Source of the DNA: a virus
Lineage: Duplodnaviria > Caudoviricetes
DNA: 60,016 bases
Virus record (IMG/VR): IMGVR_UViG_3300045767_000001
Coordinates: 1 to 60,016 of that record
Direction: 5' to 3' (one strand)
Of the stretch, positions 17,996 through 27,651 are shown piece after piece. A program made the position numbers and the translations under genes. The notes below the pieces were generated by a model, which did no database searches, was not told the origin of the DNA, and saw nothing but the letters and a program-made list of their open reading frames with translations. Position 1 is the stretch's first letter, and each line of letters begins with the position of its first letter.

Positions 17996-18460
17996 CTAGC
18001 TCGCTTGGGATTCCCCCTCGGCCGCCTGCCTCGCCTTCTTGGACGCGGCCTCCGACTCAGACAGCAGCGTGTCGTGATGCTTGATGAGCTTGATCGAGTT
18101 CGGGCACATGAGGAACAGCGCATGCCGGTCCGTCATGGCTTGCGCCTGCCCGGTCGCTGGCGTCACATCGAAGTCGAGATACTCGGCGAGCGCCAGGCCT
18201 AGCTTGTGCGGCAGCTTCGTGACCTCGCCGTCGATATGTGCCTCGCAGCCTTCGCAGGAGGCCAGCAGCGTGTCCGCTGCCGCGTTCAGCTCCTCTGCGG
18301 GGTCCTCCGTGCTCGCGTATGCCTTCACGACCGCCCAGTCCCTCACGGGCCTGTATCGCACCACCAGCGAGCCATCCGTCGATGACGGGAAGGGCAGCCG
18401 GATCGGCTCCGACGAGCTGGCTTCCATTGCGGCCTTGAGCCGCTCCTGTACTGACGCCAT
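17996..18460 (-). CDS. Tail assembly chaperone (with -1 frameshift extension to 17850)
   Basis: Position after the tube; G GGG GAA slippery site at 18011..18017; open -1 frame ends at a TGA overlapping the next ATG. Confidence 0.7.
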   Translation of the reverse strand: MASVQERLKAAMEASSSEPIRLPFPSSTDGSLVVRYRPVRDWAVVKAYASTEDPAEELNAAADTLLASCEGCEAHIDGEVTKLPHKLGLALAEYLDFDVTPATGQAQAMTDRHALFLMCPNSIKLIKHHDTLLSESEAASKKARQAAEGESQAS

Positions 18461-18477
18461 GCGGGTTCCTCCAGTCG

Positions 18478-18894
18478 TTAGGCGAGGGCTACGTTCGGTC
18501 CCATCGTCACCATCAGCATCAGCTCCTCGGACGGCCCGGACTTATACATGACCTGGCCGACTTCGAGGACCCGGCCCGAGAGCGTGATCGGGGCGCCGAC
18601 AGGCTGCTTCGCTGCGTTGAGGGTCGTGCGGGAGGCTTCCATTTCGCCGAAGCCACAGATCGCGTCGAGCGACTTGTAGGCGGCGATCAGCATGTCGTCC
18701 CACTTGCGGCCCAGCTTGAGCGGTTCTCTTGTGGGGGTGCTGCCGAGCTCCTCGCCATCGACCATGCCGCCGGGCCAGACTTTCAGGCCCTCGGCTTTCT
18801 TCTCGCCGTCTTCCCAGAGCTCCCACGGTTTGTTGTCGATCGTGAGGCCGACAAAGGAAACTGCGATGAGCGCTTGGCTGCTGGTATAGATCAT
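18478..18894 (-). CDS. Tail tube protein
   Basis: 138 aa directly after the sheath; PGGM...LG motif. Confidence 0.7.
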   Translation of the reverse strand: MIYTSSQALIAVSFVGLTIDNKPWELWEDGEKKAEGLKVWPGGMVDGEELGSTPTREPLKLGRKWDDMLIAAYKSLDAICGFGEMEASRTTLNAAKQPVGAPITLSGRVLEVGQVMYKSGPSEELMLMVTMGPNVALA

Positions 18895-18909
18895 GGGACC
18901 GCGTCTCTC

Positions 18910-20400
18910 CTATTCGCTGACGTTGGCGGTGATCGGGCGGCTGACGATCGTCAACGTGGTCGCCTGCGCGTACTCGGAGATCCGCACCTGTAGCTCGGCG
19001 TTGAGTTCGCCTTTCTGGATGCTGGCGGGCGTGTTGATCGGTTCACCCATTTCGACCGAGCCGGCCGCAGTCGGGCCGCCGGTGGCCTGTTCGCCGTAGA
19101 GCGCCCCCGATTCAAAATGGCGTTTGATGAGTCCTTGCAGGCGTCCTTCGACGATCGCGATCAGGTGATGCTGCCCGTCGATCGTCTGGTTGTTCGCGGC
19201 TTCGGCGAGGATGATCCCGCCTTCGTAGTCGAGCGCCATCCGCTCCGCGCCGGCAGCAGCAGACCAGAAGATTTCGTCTACTTCCCGGTTGACGGCGGAG
19301 ACATAGCCGATCAGGCAGAGCTGGCCGAGTTCTTCGCCCCACACGTTGATGCCCCCTTCGACGAGCTGTTCCTGCTGAGTGTGGGTGAACGTGTTGGTGA
19401 AACCGATCACGTTCGGGGAGACCGGCCAGCGGAAGCCGGCGGTCGCCTGGTTGAGATTCCCGGTCGCTGCGGCCTCGGCATGCAGGGCGCAGAACAGCGA
19501 TGAGCCCTGGACTTTCACCGTCGAGCCGGGCGTCGGACCGGGGACGATCGCGGTCGAGGATGTGAACGCGATGCAGCCCTGGTAGGCGCTCGAGAGCGAG
19601 GAGACGCCCTTCGCGGCGATCAGCGTCGCCGGCGTGGCGCTGTCGGTGAAATCTCCGACGGCGTAGCGGTCTTCGTGGTTGGCGGCGTGTTCGGCGAGGC
19701 CCTTGTGCGTCGTTTCTTCGGTGTTCGCGGGGATCGCGACATACATCGGGCCGAGGTTCCGGGTGAAGGCTGCGAGCCCGGCGACGAGTTCGGCGGCGGT
19801 GAGTGCTGTCGGGTTCGTGCCGCCTGCGAGAGCTTTGGAGGCGAGCGCTTTGACGAGTTCGGCTTTGCCGGCCGTGTAGTTCGCGCCTGCGGTGATGAGG
19901 ATGTAGGTCTTGTGGGCTTCTTCTTCGCCCCATTTCAAGAGTTCTTCGGCTTTGGCGTATTCGCCGGATTCCTGTAGGACTTCGCCTTCGGGGCCGTAGA
20001 CGACGAGCTTGGTTTTCGTTTTCCCGGCGTTTTCGATGACGGCGATCTTGTAGCTGTTGCCGCCGGAGCCCTTGTACTTCGCGGTGATGACGAGCACTTT
20101 GGGTTCGCCGGCTGTCGCGAGTTCTTCTTTCGCTGCCGCCGCGCCGCCGTTGGAGGGACGCTGGAAGTACAGGCGTCGGCCGCCGCGGGCGAAGAACGAG
20201 TTGGCCCAGTTGTAGGACGTCGCCGACGTCGAGCTGTAGGCGCCGTAGGTTTCCACCCACTGCTGGATCGAGCGGATGAGCGTCGGGCCTTCTGGGCCAT
20301 AGTCGGCTTCGCCGACGACCCCGGCCGTGCCGAGGATCGCCGCCACCGACCCGAAGGAGGGGAGTGTCTTGTTGATGACTGTGGTGCCGAGACCGGTCAC
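18910..20400 (-). CDS. Contractile tail sheath protein
   Basis: GEADYGP..PTLIRS...YG, FFARGG, GIN, GALYG and INTPASIQKGEL motifs. Confidence 0.88.
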   Translation of the reverse strand: MTGLGTTVINKTLPSFGSVAAILGTAGVVGEADYGPEGPTLIRSIQQWVETYGAYSSTSATSYNWANSFFARGGRRLYFQRPSNGGAAAAKEELATAGEPKVLVITAKYKGSGGNSYKIAVIENAGKTKTKLVVYGPEGEVLQESGEYAKAEELLKWGEEEAHKTYILITAGANYTAGKAELVKALASKALAGGTNPTALTAAELVAGLAAFTRNLGPMYVAIPANTEETTHKGLAEHAANHEDRYAVGDFTDSATPATLIAAKGVSSLSSAYQGCIAFTSSTAIVPGPTPGSTVKVQGSSLFCALHAEAAATGNLNQATAGFRWPVSPNVIGFTNTFTHTQQEQLVEGGINVWGEELGQLCLIGYVSAVNREVDEIFWSAAAGAERMALDYEGGIILAEAANNQTIDGQHHLIAIVEGRLQGLIKRHFESGALYGEQATGGPTAAGSVEMGEPINTPASIQKGELNAELQVRISEYAQATTLTIVSRPITANVSE

Positions 20401-20422
20401 GTGTGGTCCTCCTGGTGGGGGG

Positions 20423-21061
20423 TTAGATTGGCTCGCCGACGACAGTCAGGTCCGTTGAGGTGACGGTCGGTGCTGGCTGCGGTTCGCCTTCGGGGTCGTT
20501 GATTTCGGGTGAGTCTGCGATCGTTTCCGCGGCTGGGCCGGCGTCGCGCACCAGTTCGGGGATGCGGACCGAGAAGCTCACGGCCGAGCGCTGCAGACGC
20601 CGGTTGGCCATTTCGGGGTCCACGAACTCGACATCGGGTGAGCCGATCAGGGTGGTCTCCTCGGCTAGGCCCCTGAGTCCGCCGAGCTGGGCAAACAGCA
20701 TCAGGGCGGCGCCGGCGAGGCTCGCGTCACGGCGTGCTTCTTCCTCCGCGGTGTTCTCGCCCGTGCCCTGGCAGATGTAGGCGATGGCGAGGGAGTAGAC
20801 CTGGCTGTAGTAGTTGGATGCCTTCGCGGCGTCACCGTCGGGTTTGACGACGACGATCACGACCGGTAGGGCGCCGGGGACTTCGCTCTGGAAGTCGAGG
20901 CCGCCGTAGTAGAACTCGTCGCCGGGTGGCCGCTTGATGGTGCCGCGCGGGAGTTCTTCTTCGCGCTCCACTTCCGCGAGGAACAACGGGAACCATTCCC
21001 GCAGGACCGACAGGGCGGCCTGCTCGATCCGCCAGGTCGAGATGAACGGGCCGAAGCTCAC
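20423..21061 (-). CDS. Tail terminator/completion protein
   Basis: Position between adaptor and sheath; GTGA overlap. Confidence 0.55.
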   Translation of the reverse strand: MSFGPFISTWRIEQAALSVLREWFPLFLAEVEREEELPRGTIKRPPGDEFYYGGLDFQSEVPGALPVVIVVVKPDGDAAKASNYYSQVYSLAIAYICQGTGENTAEEEARRDASLAGAALMLFAQLGGLRGLAEETTLIGSPDVEFVDPEMANRRLQRSAVSFSVRIPELVRDAGPAAETIADSPEINDPEGEPQPAPTVTSTDLTVVGEPI

Positions 21062-21699
21062 CCGATCCCCGGAATGCGATACATCTCGAACACGTCCCCG
21101 ATCCGGTTAGGGATCCCGGGGTAGATGCCGGTGTCGTTCGCTGTCTGGTCGAAGTCGCTGCCCGGCAGCGCGAATGTGCGTGTCGGCTGCTGGGTGTTGC
21201 GCCACTTCCACATGATGAGCTCGCAGGTGGCCTCCCATACGTCGTCGGGCACCGGGTTGAAGCCGGCGGTGTAGGTGATCTCGATGTTGCGGTGGCCGGG
21301 GAAGAACGGTCGTGGCCAGGAGTAGCCGGAGAACGTGCGGGTGAGCTGGCTGGTGGCATAGTCGATCTGGACGCCTTCGATCGGTTCCTCGGGCGTGGAC
21401 TCGGGGAGCGTCACGAAGCCGCCGGAGGACTGCCACTCGCGGCATTCGATCAGTGTGAGGAACGGGCTATAGTAGAGCTGGAGCGTGTCGCCGGACCAGC
21501 CGTCCTGGCGCTCTTTGAATTCGGTCGGGGCGAATGGCCGGTTGGCGACGTTCTGTGCGGTCGTGCATGCTGAGTCGATGTAGCGGCGTAGCCGGGTCGC
21601 CTCGCGGCCTTCCGGTTCCTCCTCGATCTGGAGGTATTCCCACGCCTCTTGGAAGTCGATGTACGTCGCCCAGCGACGGGTGCTGATCGGGTTCGTCAT
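21058..21699 (-). CDS. Head-tail adaptor (gp6-like)
   Basis: NIEITYTAGF..VPDDV..A...L motif. Confidence 0.75.
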   Translation of the reverse strand: MTNPISTRRWATYIDFQEAWEYLQIEEEPEGREATRLRRYIDSACTTAQNVANRPFAPTEFKERQDGWSGDTLQLYYSPFLTLIECREWQSSGGFVTLPESTPEEPIEGVQIDYATSQLTRTFSGYSWPRPFFPGHRNIEITYTAGFNPVPDDVWEATCELIMWKWRNTQQPTRTFALPGSDFDQTANDTGIYPGIPNRIGDVFEMYRIPGIG

Positions 21700-21727
21700 G
21701 GCACCCCCTACTCACGCATTGCGACAG

Positions 21728-23104
21728 TCACGACGAGAACGGTTCAAGGAGTTCCAGCTCCTTCCAGGGCTGCGCCATCACGAAGCTGGCGGTGCCCGAG
21801 TACGGCTCCTCCAACGTGGCCAGTTTCGCGTCCGTCCACGACGACGGGATGAACTGGCTGATCGCCGTGTAGCCGTGCCCCCAGAACCCTGCGAGGTTCC
21901 CGTACTTGCCGTAGGTGTAGCCGGCGAATGGGTTGACCTTTGCCGAACAAAGCCCCGAGCTGGACCCTAGCGACCCCGCCGACTCCATCGCCAGTGCACA
22001 GCCGCTACCCGTACGGTCATTTATGACCATGCCGTATTCGCGGAGCGCTTCAAAGATTGCGATTCCCATTACGCCCGTGATCCCATATTCGCTCGGGCGG
22101 CTGGCTGGCGGGAACATCACCCATGTCCCCTCCGGGACACCATCGACGAAGCCCAGCGGCAACGCTTCGCCGTAGGCGCCATTGGGAATTTTGTTGACGT
22201 AGGTGAACGGTTTGGCGTTGATGTTGTCGGGCAGATACGGGTGCGTGTTGGCGAAGACCGTGTCGTCGTTCTTGGTAGCTGGCGCGACGTGGACCGACGA
22301 GCCCGCCACGTTGTTGGTCGTGCCTACGATCATCGCCAGCGCGTGTTTGATCTTGCCGCCGCGGAGCACTTCCACGATGTCCTGTAGCGAGATCATGCCG
22401 CCGATGTCCACGAGCCCTGAGGCGCGCGTGCCGAACGTTATACCGCCGACGCCCACGTGATAGATACCGTTCCATTCACTTGTGAGCCCATTGAAGCCGA
22501 CCTGCGAGCCCGGTCCGATATAGGCGCCGTACTGACACGTCCACCCGCCGATGGCTTCGCTGTAGATCAGTCGCCAAATGTCCCACATCTTCCCCGCCGA
22601 GGGCTGATAGATGCAGCACGGAGCATCGGTCGATTCACCGCTGAGCCGACCCGATGGTACCTCGCCGAGTTCAGGCACCGGCACGGCTTCAAACGCTTTT
22701 TGGAAGAGTTTTTCCCATTCGTTCGTCAACGGCGCGGGTTTCAGTTCGTTGGGCGGCGTCGATCCCGTCCCTGTGACGAACGTGACCTTGACGGTCGGCT
22801 GCCCGGCCGGTGCAATAAACAGTGCCTCATCGAAGGGCGCGGCCGCTGTCGCAAAGCCCGGTTCGAGCCCGTTGAAGCCGTAGCGTTCATAGCCATAGAA
22901 CGACGGGGCGGTTGCTCCGTTGTAGGAGTAGTTGACGTTGGAGTAGTTAATCTGGTTGGCCAGCAGCAGCGCCGGCACCTGACTGGCCGCACGCGGGCTG
23001 GCTTCGTTGTTGCGCGTCCAGATGTTCACAGCGCTTGACGGCGCCAACGGTTGGAACGGTACGTTCCAGCGGCCTCCCTGGTAGCAGCGGGCGACCCTAC
23101 TCAT
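21728..23104 (-). CDS. Putative carbohydrate-active / receptor-binding protein
   Basis: Aromatic/Gly-rich; RASG...GG...I.HAL and ALREYGM..DR motifs; lower GC. Confidence 0.55.
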   Translation of the reverse strand: MSRVARCYQGGRWNVPFQPLAPSSAVNIWTRNNEASPRAASQVPALLLANQINYSNVNYSYNGATAPSFYGYERYGFNGLEPGFATAAAPFDEALFIAPAGQPTVKVTFVTGTGSTPPNELKPAPLTNEWEKLFQKAFEAVPVPELGEVPSGRLSGESTDAPCCIYQPSAGKMWDIWRLIYSEAIGGWTCQYGAYIGPGSQVGFNGLTSEWNGIYHVGVGGITFGTRASGLVDIGGMISLQDIVEVLRGGKIKHALAMIVGTTNNVAGSSVHVAPATKNDDTVFANTHPYLPDNINAKPFTYVNKIPNGAYGEALPLGFVDGVPEGTWVMFPPASRPSEYGITGVMGIAIFEALREYGMVINDRTGSGCALAMESAGSLGSSSGLCSAKVNPFAGYTYGKYGNLAGFWGHGYTAISQFIPSSWTDAKLATLEEPYSGTASFVMAQPWKELELLEPFSS

Positions 23105-24495
23105 GTCAGGCTCCAGGTCAGCCCATCGAGGCGGATGATTTTTCCAGCCGCCAATGCCGAGCCGTAGCTCAGTACCCCCGCATGTGAGATCGAGAGCAGG
23201 CCGGCTACCCCCGTGAACCAAGTGGCGAGTTCTATCGGGTCGGCGGGCCGGCAGGCTTCCGGCAGTGTGGCGATCGTGGCACCCGCGCTGAGTTCTTCTC
23301 CTGATTTGACTTCGAGCTGGCCCCTGAGGCGTGCCGTGGCGGCGCCTTGCTCGGTACGAACTTCCGCAGCGAGATAGCCCGCGCGCTGAGCAACCTTGGT
23401 GCTCAGCGTGAGCGCTTTCCACGCGCCCGCTGTTCCTTCGGGTCCCGTTGCACCCGTTGGACCCGTTGGACCCGTTGGCCCTTTGGCCTCGATCCCTTCA
23501 ACGGTTTCGCCGCCATTGAAGGACACGAAGTAGAGGATGTTGACCGCGTTGGCTGTCGTCTTGAGTTCGGGTGCTTCGCCCTCTGGTTGCCAGACGGTGC
23601 CTGCCGGGAGATTGACCGTGTGCCCTCCCACAGCGTCTTGCTGCCAGCGGAGCGACGGTTCAGAGAGCCCTGGTTTCCAGTTCTCCCATTCTAGTGTCAC
23701 TGTGCCGACGGCCGTGAAGGTGAACGCCAGATGCGAGGCCATGTTGAGTTTGACCACGCCGGAGACTTCTCCAAGGGCCTGCACAGGACCCTGGCCGCCG
23801 ACGGGGCCTTCCGCGCCTGTCGCGCCTGTCGCGCCTGTCGCGCCCGGGTTGCCGGTCGGCCCTTCTTTGCCTTGCACGCCTTCTTTGCCTTCGGTGAGGC
23901 TGAGCGCTTCCCAGCTTGTCCCCCCGTTTTCTGTGACGAGCAGCACGCGCGTCACACTGTTGGGTTCAGAGTTGATCGAGACGCCGAGCGGCGTGATCCC
24001 CGTGCCGAATGTGAGCGCGTGGCCACCTTCTGCGTTCTGGCGCACTACCATCAATGCTTCCTGGTAGGACGCCGACGAGGGATTGCTCGGTTTGTCTAGG
24101 GTGCCTGCACCCTTCAGCGTCAGGGCGATGATACTGCCTTCGACGAGGTTTGGCGTGATAGTACCCTCGACTTCCCCGAGATCCTTGAGTGTGTTGGTCG
24201 CCACGGCGGCCAGCAATGCGGTGAGCGAGCCCTTTGTCTGCACGCACGTCACGGGAGCGCCTGCCGAGTGAGCCACGGGCGTCGTGTTCTCGGCGCCCCG
24301 TTCGACGGTCCATTTTACGCCCGTGACGGCCGCGACGAGCCCGAGCTCGCCGCCGCCGAGGTTCAGCCGGAAGACGGGTTCGTCAGGAAACCCAACAGCA
24401 TCAGCGACCGTGACCGTTTCGACCGTCCCTGCTGCCACTGCTGGAAGGGAGTCGGCGAGAGTCGTTGAGGCGAAGTTGGCGAGCTGCTCGGTCAT
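23101..24495 (-). CDS. Fibre protein with collagen-like repeats
   Basis: Two Gly-X-Y tracts; VERGAENT...HSAGA N-terminal motif; duplicated QDA.GGH..PN domains; LPEACRP C-terminal motif. Confidence 0.75.
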   Translation of the reverse strand: MTEQLANFASTTLADSLPAVAAGTVETVTVADAVGFPDEPVFRLNLGGGELGLVAAVTGVKWTVERGAENTTPVAHSAGAPVTCVQTKGSLTALLAAVATNTLKDLGEVEGTITPNLVEGSIIALTLKGAGTLDKPSNPSSASYQEALMVVRQNAEGGHALTFGTGITPLGVSINSEPNSVTRVLLVTENGGTSWEALSLTEGKEGVQGKEGPTGNPGATGATGATGAEGPVGGQGPVQALGEVSGVVKLNMASHLAFTFTAVGTVTLEWENWKPGLSEPSLRWQQDAVGGHTVNLPAGTVWQPEGEAPELKTTANAVNILYFVSFNGGETVEGIEAKGPTGPTGPTGATGPEGTAGAWKALTLSTKVAQRAGYLAAEVRTEQGAATARLRGQLEVKSGEELSAGATIATLPEACRPADPIELATWFTGVAGLLSISHAGVLSYGSALAAGKIIRLDGLTWSLT

Positions 24496-26393
24496 GGCTC
24501 CTTCACGGTCACGTTCACGAACATCTCTTCAGGAGTCTCGACCCGGGCGTAGAGTGCCGGGACTTCGAGCGTCACGGGCGCCTCGCCGAGGACCAGCTCG
24601 CCGAGGACCGCGAGCCCCAGCTCCGCCGCGTCGACGCCTTCGACCACCGGCTGGGCCGGAATGGTGATCTGCACCTCGAAGGATTCGGGGGTACGGACGA
24701 GCGCATACGGGAAGACGACTTCGGGGGCGAGCGTGATCGTCAGCGATGCGCTCGACGTCGCCGTCGAAGATGACGGCGAGAACACCACGGTGCGGGTGAG
24801 CGCCAGCGCGGCGGAGCTGGTAGCGGCCACCGGTACGAGCGCCAACGAGACGCTCGCCTGCAGCGACAGACTGCTTGCCGATGATGCGCTTGCTGCTGCG
24901 AGCGCGAGCTGCGTGGTCGCAGCCAAGCTGAGCGCTGTCGTGCTCGCGCTTGATGCGCCGGCGAACGGCAGCGTCACGGCACCGGATACGTGTAGTTCGA
25001 GGCTGCTCGAACTCGCTGCCGAGCCGCCGGCAAGCGGAAGGATCGCCGTCGCCGTGAGCGCGAAGCTCGCCGCTGAGGAGGCAGACGCACTGGCGAGGAG
25101 GATCTGGCGCTGTGCCGCGAGCGCCAAGGTCGCTGACGAGGATGAGACGGCTGTGCTCAGGGCGATGGTCGTCTGCGCCGCTATCGCAAGCGATCCACCG
25201 GAGCTCGCGGTCGCCGACGTGGGCGTGAGCAGCTTGGTCGCCTGGAGAGCGAGCGTGGCTGTCGTCGAGCCGGACGCTGTCGCCGGCATGAGCAACGCGG
25301 TTGCAGCGAGCGCGAGCGATCCCGAGCTCGCTGCGTTCGCGGCAGCGAACGGCAGGTTCGCGGTGGCTGCTAGCGCGAGCGTCGCCGTGCTCGCCGCGGT
25401 CGCGCCGGCGAGCGGCAGCGTCACCTCTTCGATGACTTCCGGTGGTTCTTCGTTTTCGGGCGGTTCGCCGTAGATCGTCAGCGTCGCGCTGGTGGTCGCT
25501 GTCGCAGACGAGGCGGTGAGCAGCCTTGTAGCCTGGAGAGCGAGGCTCGACGCCGATGAGGCAGACGCGCTGCTTAGGACGATAGTGCTCGCTGCTGCTA
25601 GCGCGATCGTCGCTTGAGACACGGCATTCGCGCTCTGGAGCCCAAGCACGCTGGTGGCCACGGCAGTGAGGCTTGAGCTTGACGCTGCAGACGCCGTAGC
25701 CGTGATCTGCCCGGTCGCAGCAACCGCCATGCTCGCAGTGCTCGCTGCTTTCGCACTCGCAAGCGGGAGTTCGACACCGCTCGTCTCTTTGAACGCCACG
25801 GCCAGCAACCCCGAGAGCTGCGCCGTTTTCCAGTTCGCGGTGAGTTCAACAGCGGACAGTGCGCTGGACGTGATGAGATAGCCGCCGACCGCCCGGGTCG
25901 TCGCGGTGCCGATGCGCGTCAGGTTGTGGCCCGATGGCGTCGAAGTCCACGCTTCGACTTCGCCCGTCGCTACCGGCGTGCCGGCGCAGCCCATCACGAT
26001 CTCTTCGGCTTCGGCCGTGCTCAGCGGCGGCGACGTGATCGTTTTGACCGACCCGCTGTTGTCGGTGTGCACCACCGTGTCAACCGAGATCGTGCCGGTC
26101 ACGGAGAACTCGCCGTAGCTGATGCCCTGCACTTCGCCGCCGCTGCCGGCTGTCGGTTTGATTTCTTTCTCGGTGCCCGCCGCGATCTTCCACATCACGT
26201 ACACCGAGTTGACGCTCGAGGCGTAGACGGAGTGGGTGGAGACGACGGTCCAGCCGGTGAGGGCGGGTGCTTCGACCGTTTTTTTCTGGTCGATGAACGC
26301 GACGAGCAGATGGCCTGCCGTGGGTTCGGTGATCGACAGGGATTCCGTCAACGCGCCCGCCGTCTCCGCACCGCGGATGAACGAGAAGGCCAC
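24492..26393 (-). CDS. Ala/Ser/Thr-rich repetitive fibre-like protein
   Basis: About 20-aa imperfect repeats (LPLA.A.A.S.A.L.L.AT) after a globular N-domain. Confidence 0.7.
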   Translation of the reverse strand: MAFSFIRGAETAGALTESLSITEPTAGHLLVAFIDQKKTVEAPALTGWTVVSTHSVYASSVNSVYVMWKIAAGTEKEIKPTAGSGGEVQGISYGEFSVTGTISVDTVVHTDNSGSVKTITSPPLSTAEAEEIVMGCAGTPVATGEVEAWTSTPSGHNLTRIGTATTRAVGGYLITSSALSAVELTANWKTAQLSGLLAVAFKETSGVELPLASAKAASTASMAVAATGQITATASAASSSSLTAVATSVLGLQSANAVSQATIALAAASTIVLSSASASSASSLALQATRLLTASSATATTSATLTIYGEPPENEEPPEVIEEVTLPLAGATAASTATLALAATANLPFAAANAASSGSLALAATALLMPATASGSTTATLALQATKLLTPTSATASSGGSLAIAAQTTIALSTAVSSSSATLALAAQRQILLASASASSAASFALTATAILPLAGGSAASSSSLELHVSGAVTLPFAGASSASTTALSLAATTQLALAAASASSASSLSLQASVSLALVPVAATSSAALALTRTVVFSPSSSTATSSASLTITLAPEVVFPYALVRTPESFEVQITIPAQPVVEGVDAAELGLAVLGELVLGEAPVTLEVPALYARVETPEEMFVNVTVKEP

Positions 26394-26455
26394 GGCTTAC
26401 CCGCGCAGGAGCATGCCCCGTGCGTCCCAGACACTGCCGCAGCACGCGAGCCTGG

Positions 26456-26971
26456 TCATCCGAGTTTGACTTTCAGTTTTTCGAGGGCGACCTTGACGGG
26501 GGTCCCGGTGCCGCCTATCGATGTGCCGGTGCATGAGCCCCAGGCGATGACCTTCCCGGATTCCCCTGAGGATTCCTGAACGAGTGCCCAGAACGTGACT
26601 TCCTGGTTGGTGCCTGACAGGCCCGTCTCGACTTCCCATTCTTCTTTGTTGGTTAGATAGCCTTCGGTCGTGGATTCGTTTCCGAATTTCAGTTCTTTGC
26701 CCACGGTTTTTTCGATTTTGAACCGGGAGTAGCCGGTGACGGTGACCTCGGCTTCTTTGACTTTTTTCATCGTCACGCCTTCGTTGCCGGATGTGGCGGG
26801 CGTGGCTTTCAGCAGCGCGAGATAGCAGTGTTCTTTGAACGCCCATTCTTCTTTCCAGCCCGAGATGTGTTCCAGGATCTTCTGGGCCGATTCGTACCCT
26901 GTGAACACCGCGAGCTGCGTGACGAGCCAAGCGGCGAGCGTGAGTTGCAGCAGGAGCAGTCGTCGTAGCAT
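26456..26971 (-). CDS. Conserved phage structural protein (fibre-associated)
   Basis: YLALL..TP...E...GYSR...VTFWAL pattern. Confidence 0.6.
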   Translation of the reverse strand: MLRRLLLLQLTLAAWLVTQLAVFTGYESAQKILEHISGWKEEWAFKEHCYLALLKATPATSGNEGVTMKKVKEAEVTVTGYSRFKIEKTVGKELKFGNESTTEGYLTNKEEWEVETGLSGTNQEVTFWALVQESSGESGKVIAWGSCTGTSIGGTGTPVKVALEKLKVKLG

Positions 26972-26974
26972 CGC

Positions 26975-27295
26975 TCAGCCCTCCGCCCCGGTCAGCGCGA
27001 CACTGGGCTGGAGGTCCAGCAGAACCTCGCCGATGCTTCGCCGTGTGCTCTCGGCGACCGTCTCAAGCGCCGTCTGTCCGGCTGCGGTCAGCTCCCAGCG
27101 CTCGGGCTCGCCGCCGAGGCTTTGCGCCAGGCCGGCGTTTGTGAGCCTAGCGAGCGCCTGCGCGCACTCCTCTTCGCTGCCATCCACGTCTGGACGCATG
27201 CCGATGCTTTCGGTGTAGCCGGCGAGGTCTGTGCCGCCCCAGCCGGGCTGGGGCATCGCGCACAGCAGCAACCGGACGCCTCTCGTTATCTCCAT
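26975..27295 (-). CDS. Small winged-helix-like protein
   Basis: LARL..AGL...WELTAAG motif; GGAG RBS. Confidence 0.5.
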   Translation of the reverse strand: MEITRGVRLLLCAMPQPGWGGTDLAGYTESIGMRPDVDGSEEECAQALARLTNAGLAQSLGGEPERWELTAAGQTALETVAESTRRSIGEVLLDLQPSVALTGAEG

Positions 27296-27309
27296 TAGCG
27301 CTCCTTCGG

Positions 27310-27651
27310 TTAGGCGTTTTCGACTTCGAGCGGCCCGACCACGGGGGTGAGCTTCGTTTCTTCGCGTTCGAGCCAGAGCCGGTAGTGGTAGACACCAGCC
27401 GGGTAGCTCAGGGTGCGTGCCGCAGAGAGCGTGATGACGACGACGTTCTCGCTCGGGATGAGCAGGCCGTCGCCGACGGTCAGCGGCGTCAGGTGCGCGG
27501 GGTTCAGATGCACTGTCCAGCCGGCGAGGTCGAACGGTTCGGTGAGCGCCTTGTCCTTGAACAGCGCGACTTCGGCCATGAACGTCCGGCCGCGTTCGAC
27601 CTGTAGCGGCGCCACCAGATGCCGGGCAGCGTCCTCCAGCGAGACGGTCAT
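27310..27651 (-). CDS. BppU-like/Ig-fold structural protein
   Basis: RGRTF...PFDLAGW...YHYRL...GPL.V pattern. Confidence 0.55.
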   Translation of the reverse strand: MTVSLEDAARHLVAPLQVERGRTFMAEVALFKDKALTEPFDLAGWTVHLNPAHLTPLTVGDGLLIPSENVVVITLSAARTLSYPAGVYHYRLWLEREETKLTPVVGPLEVENA

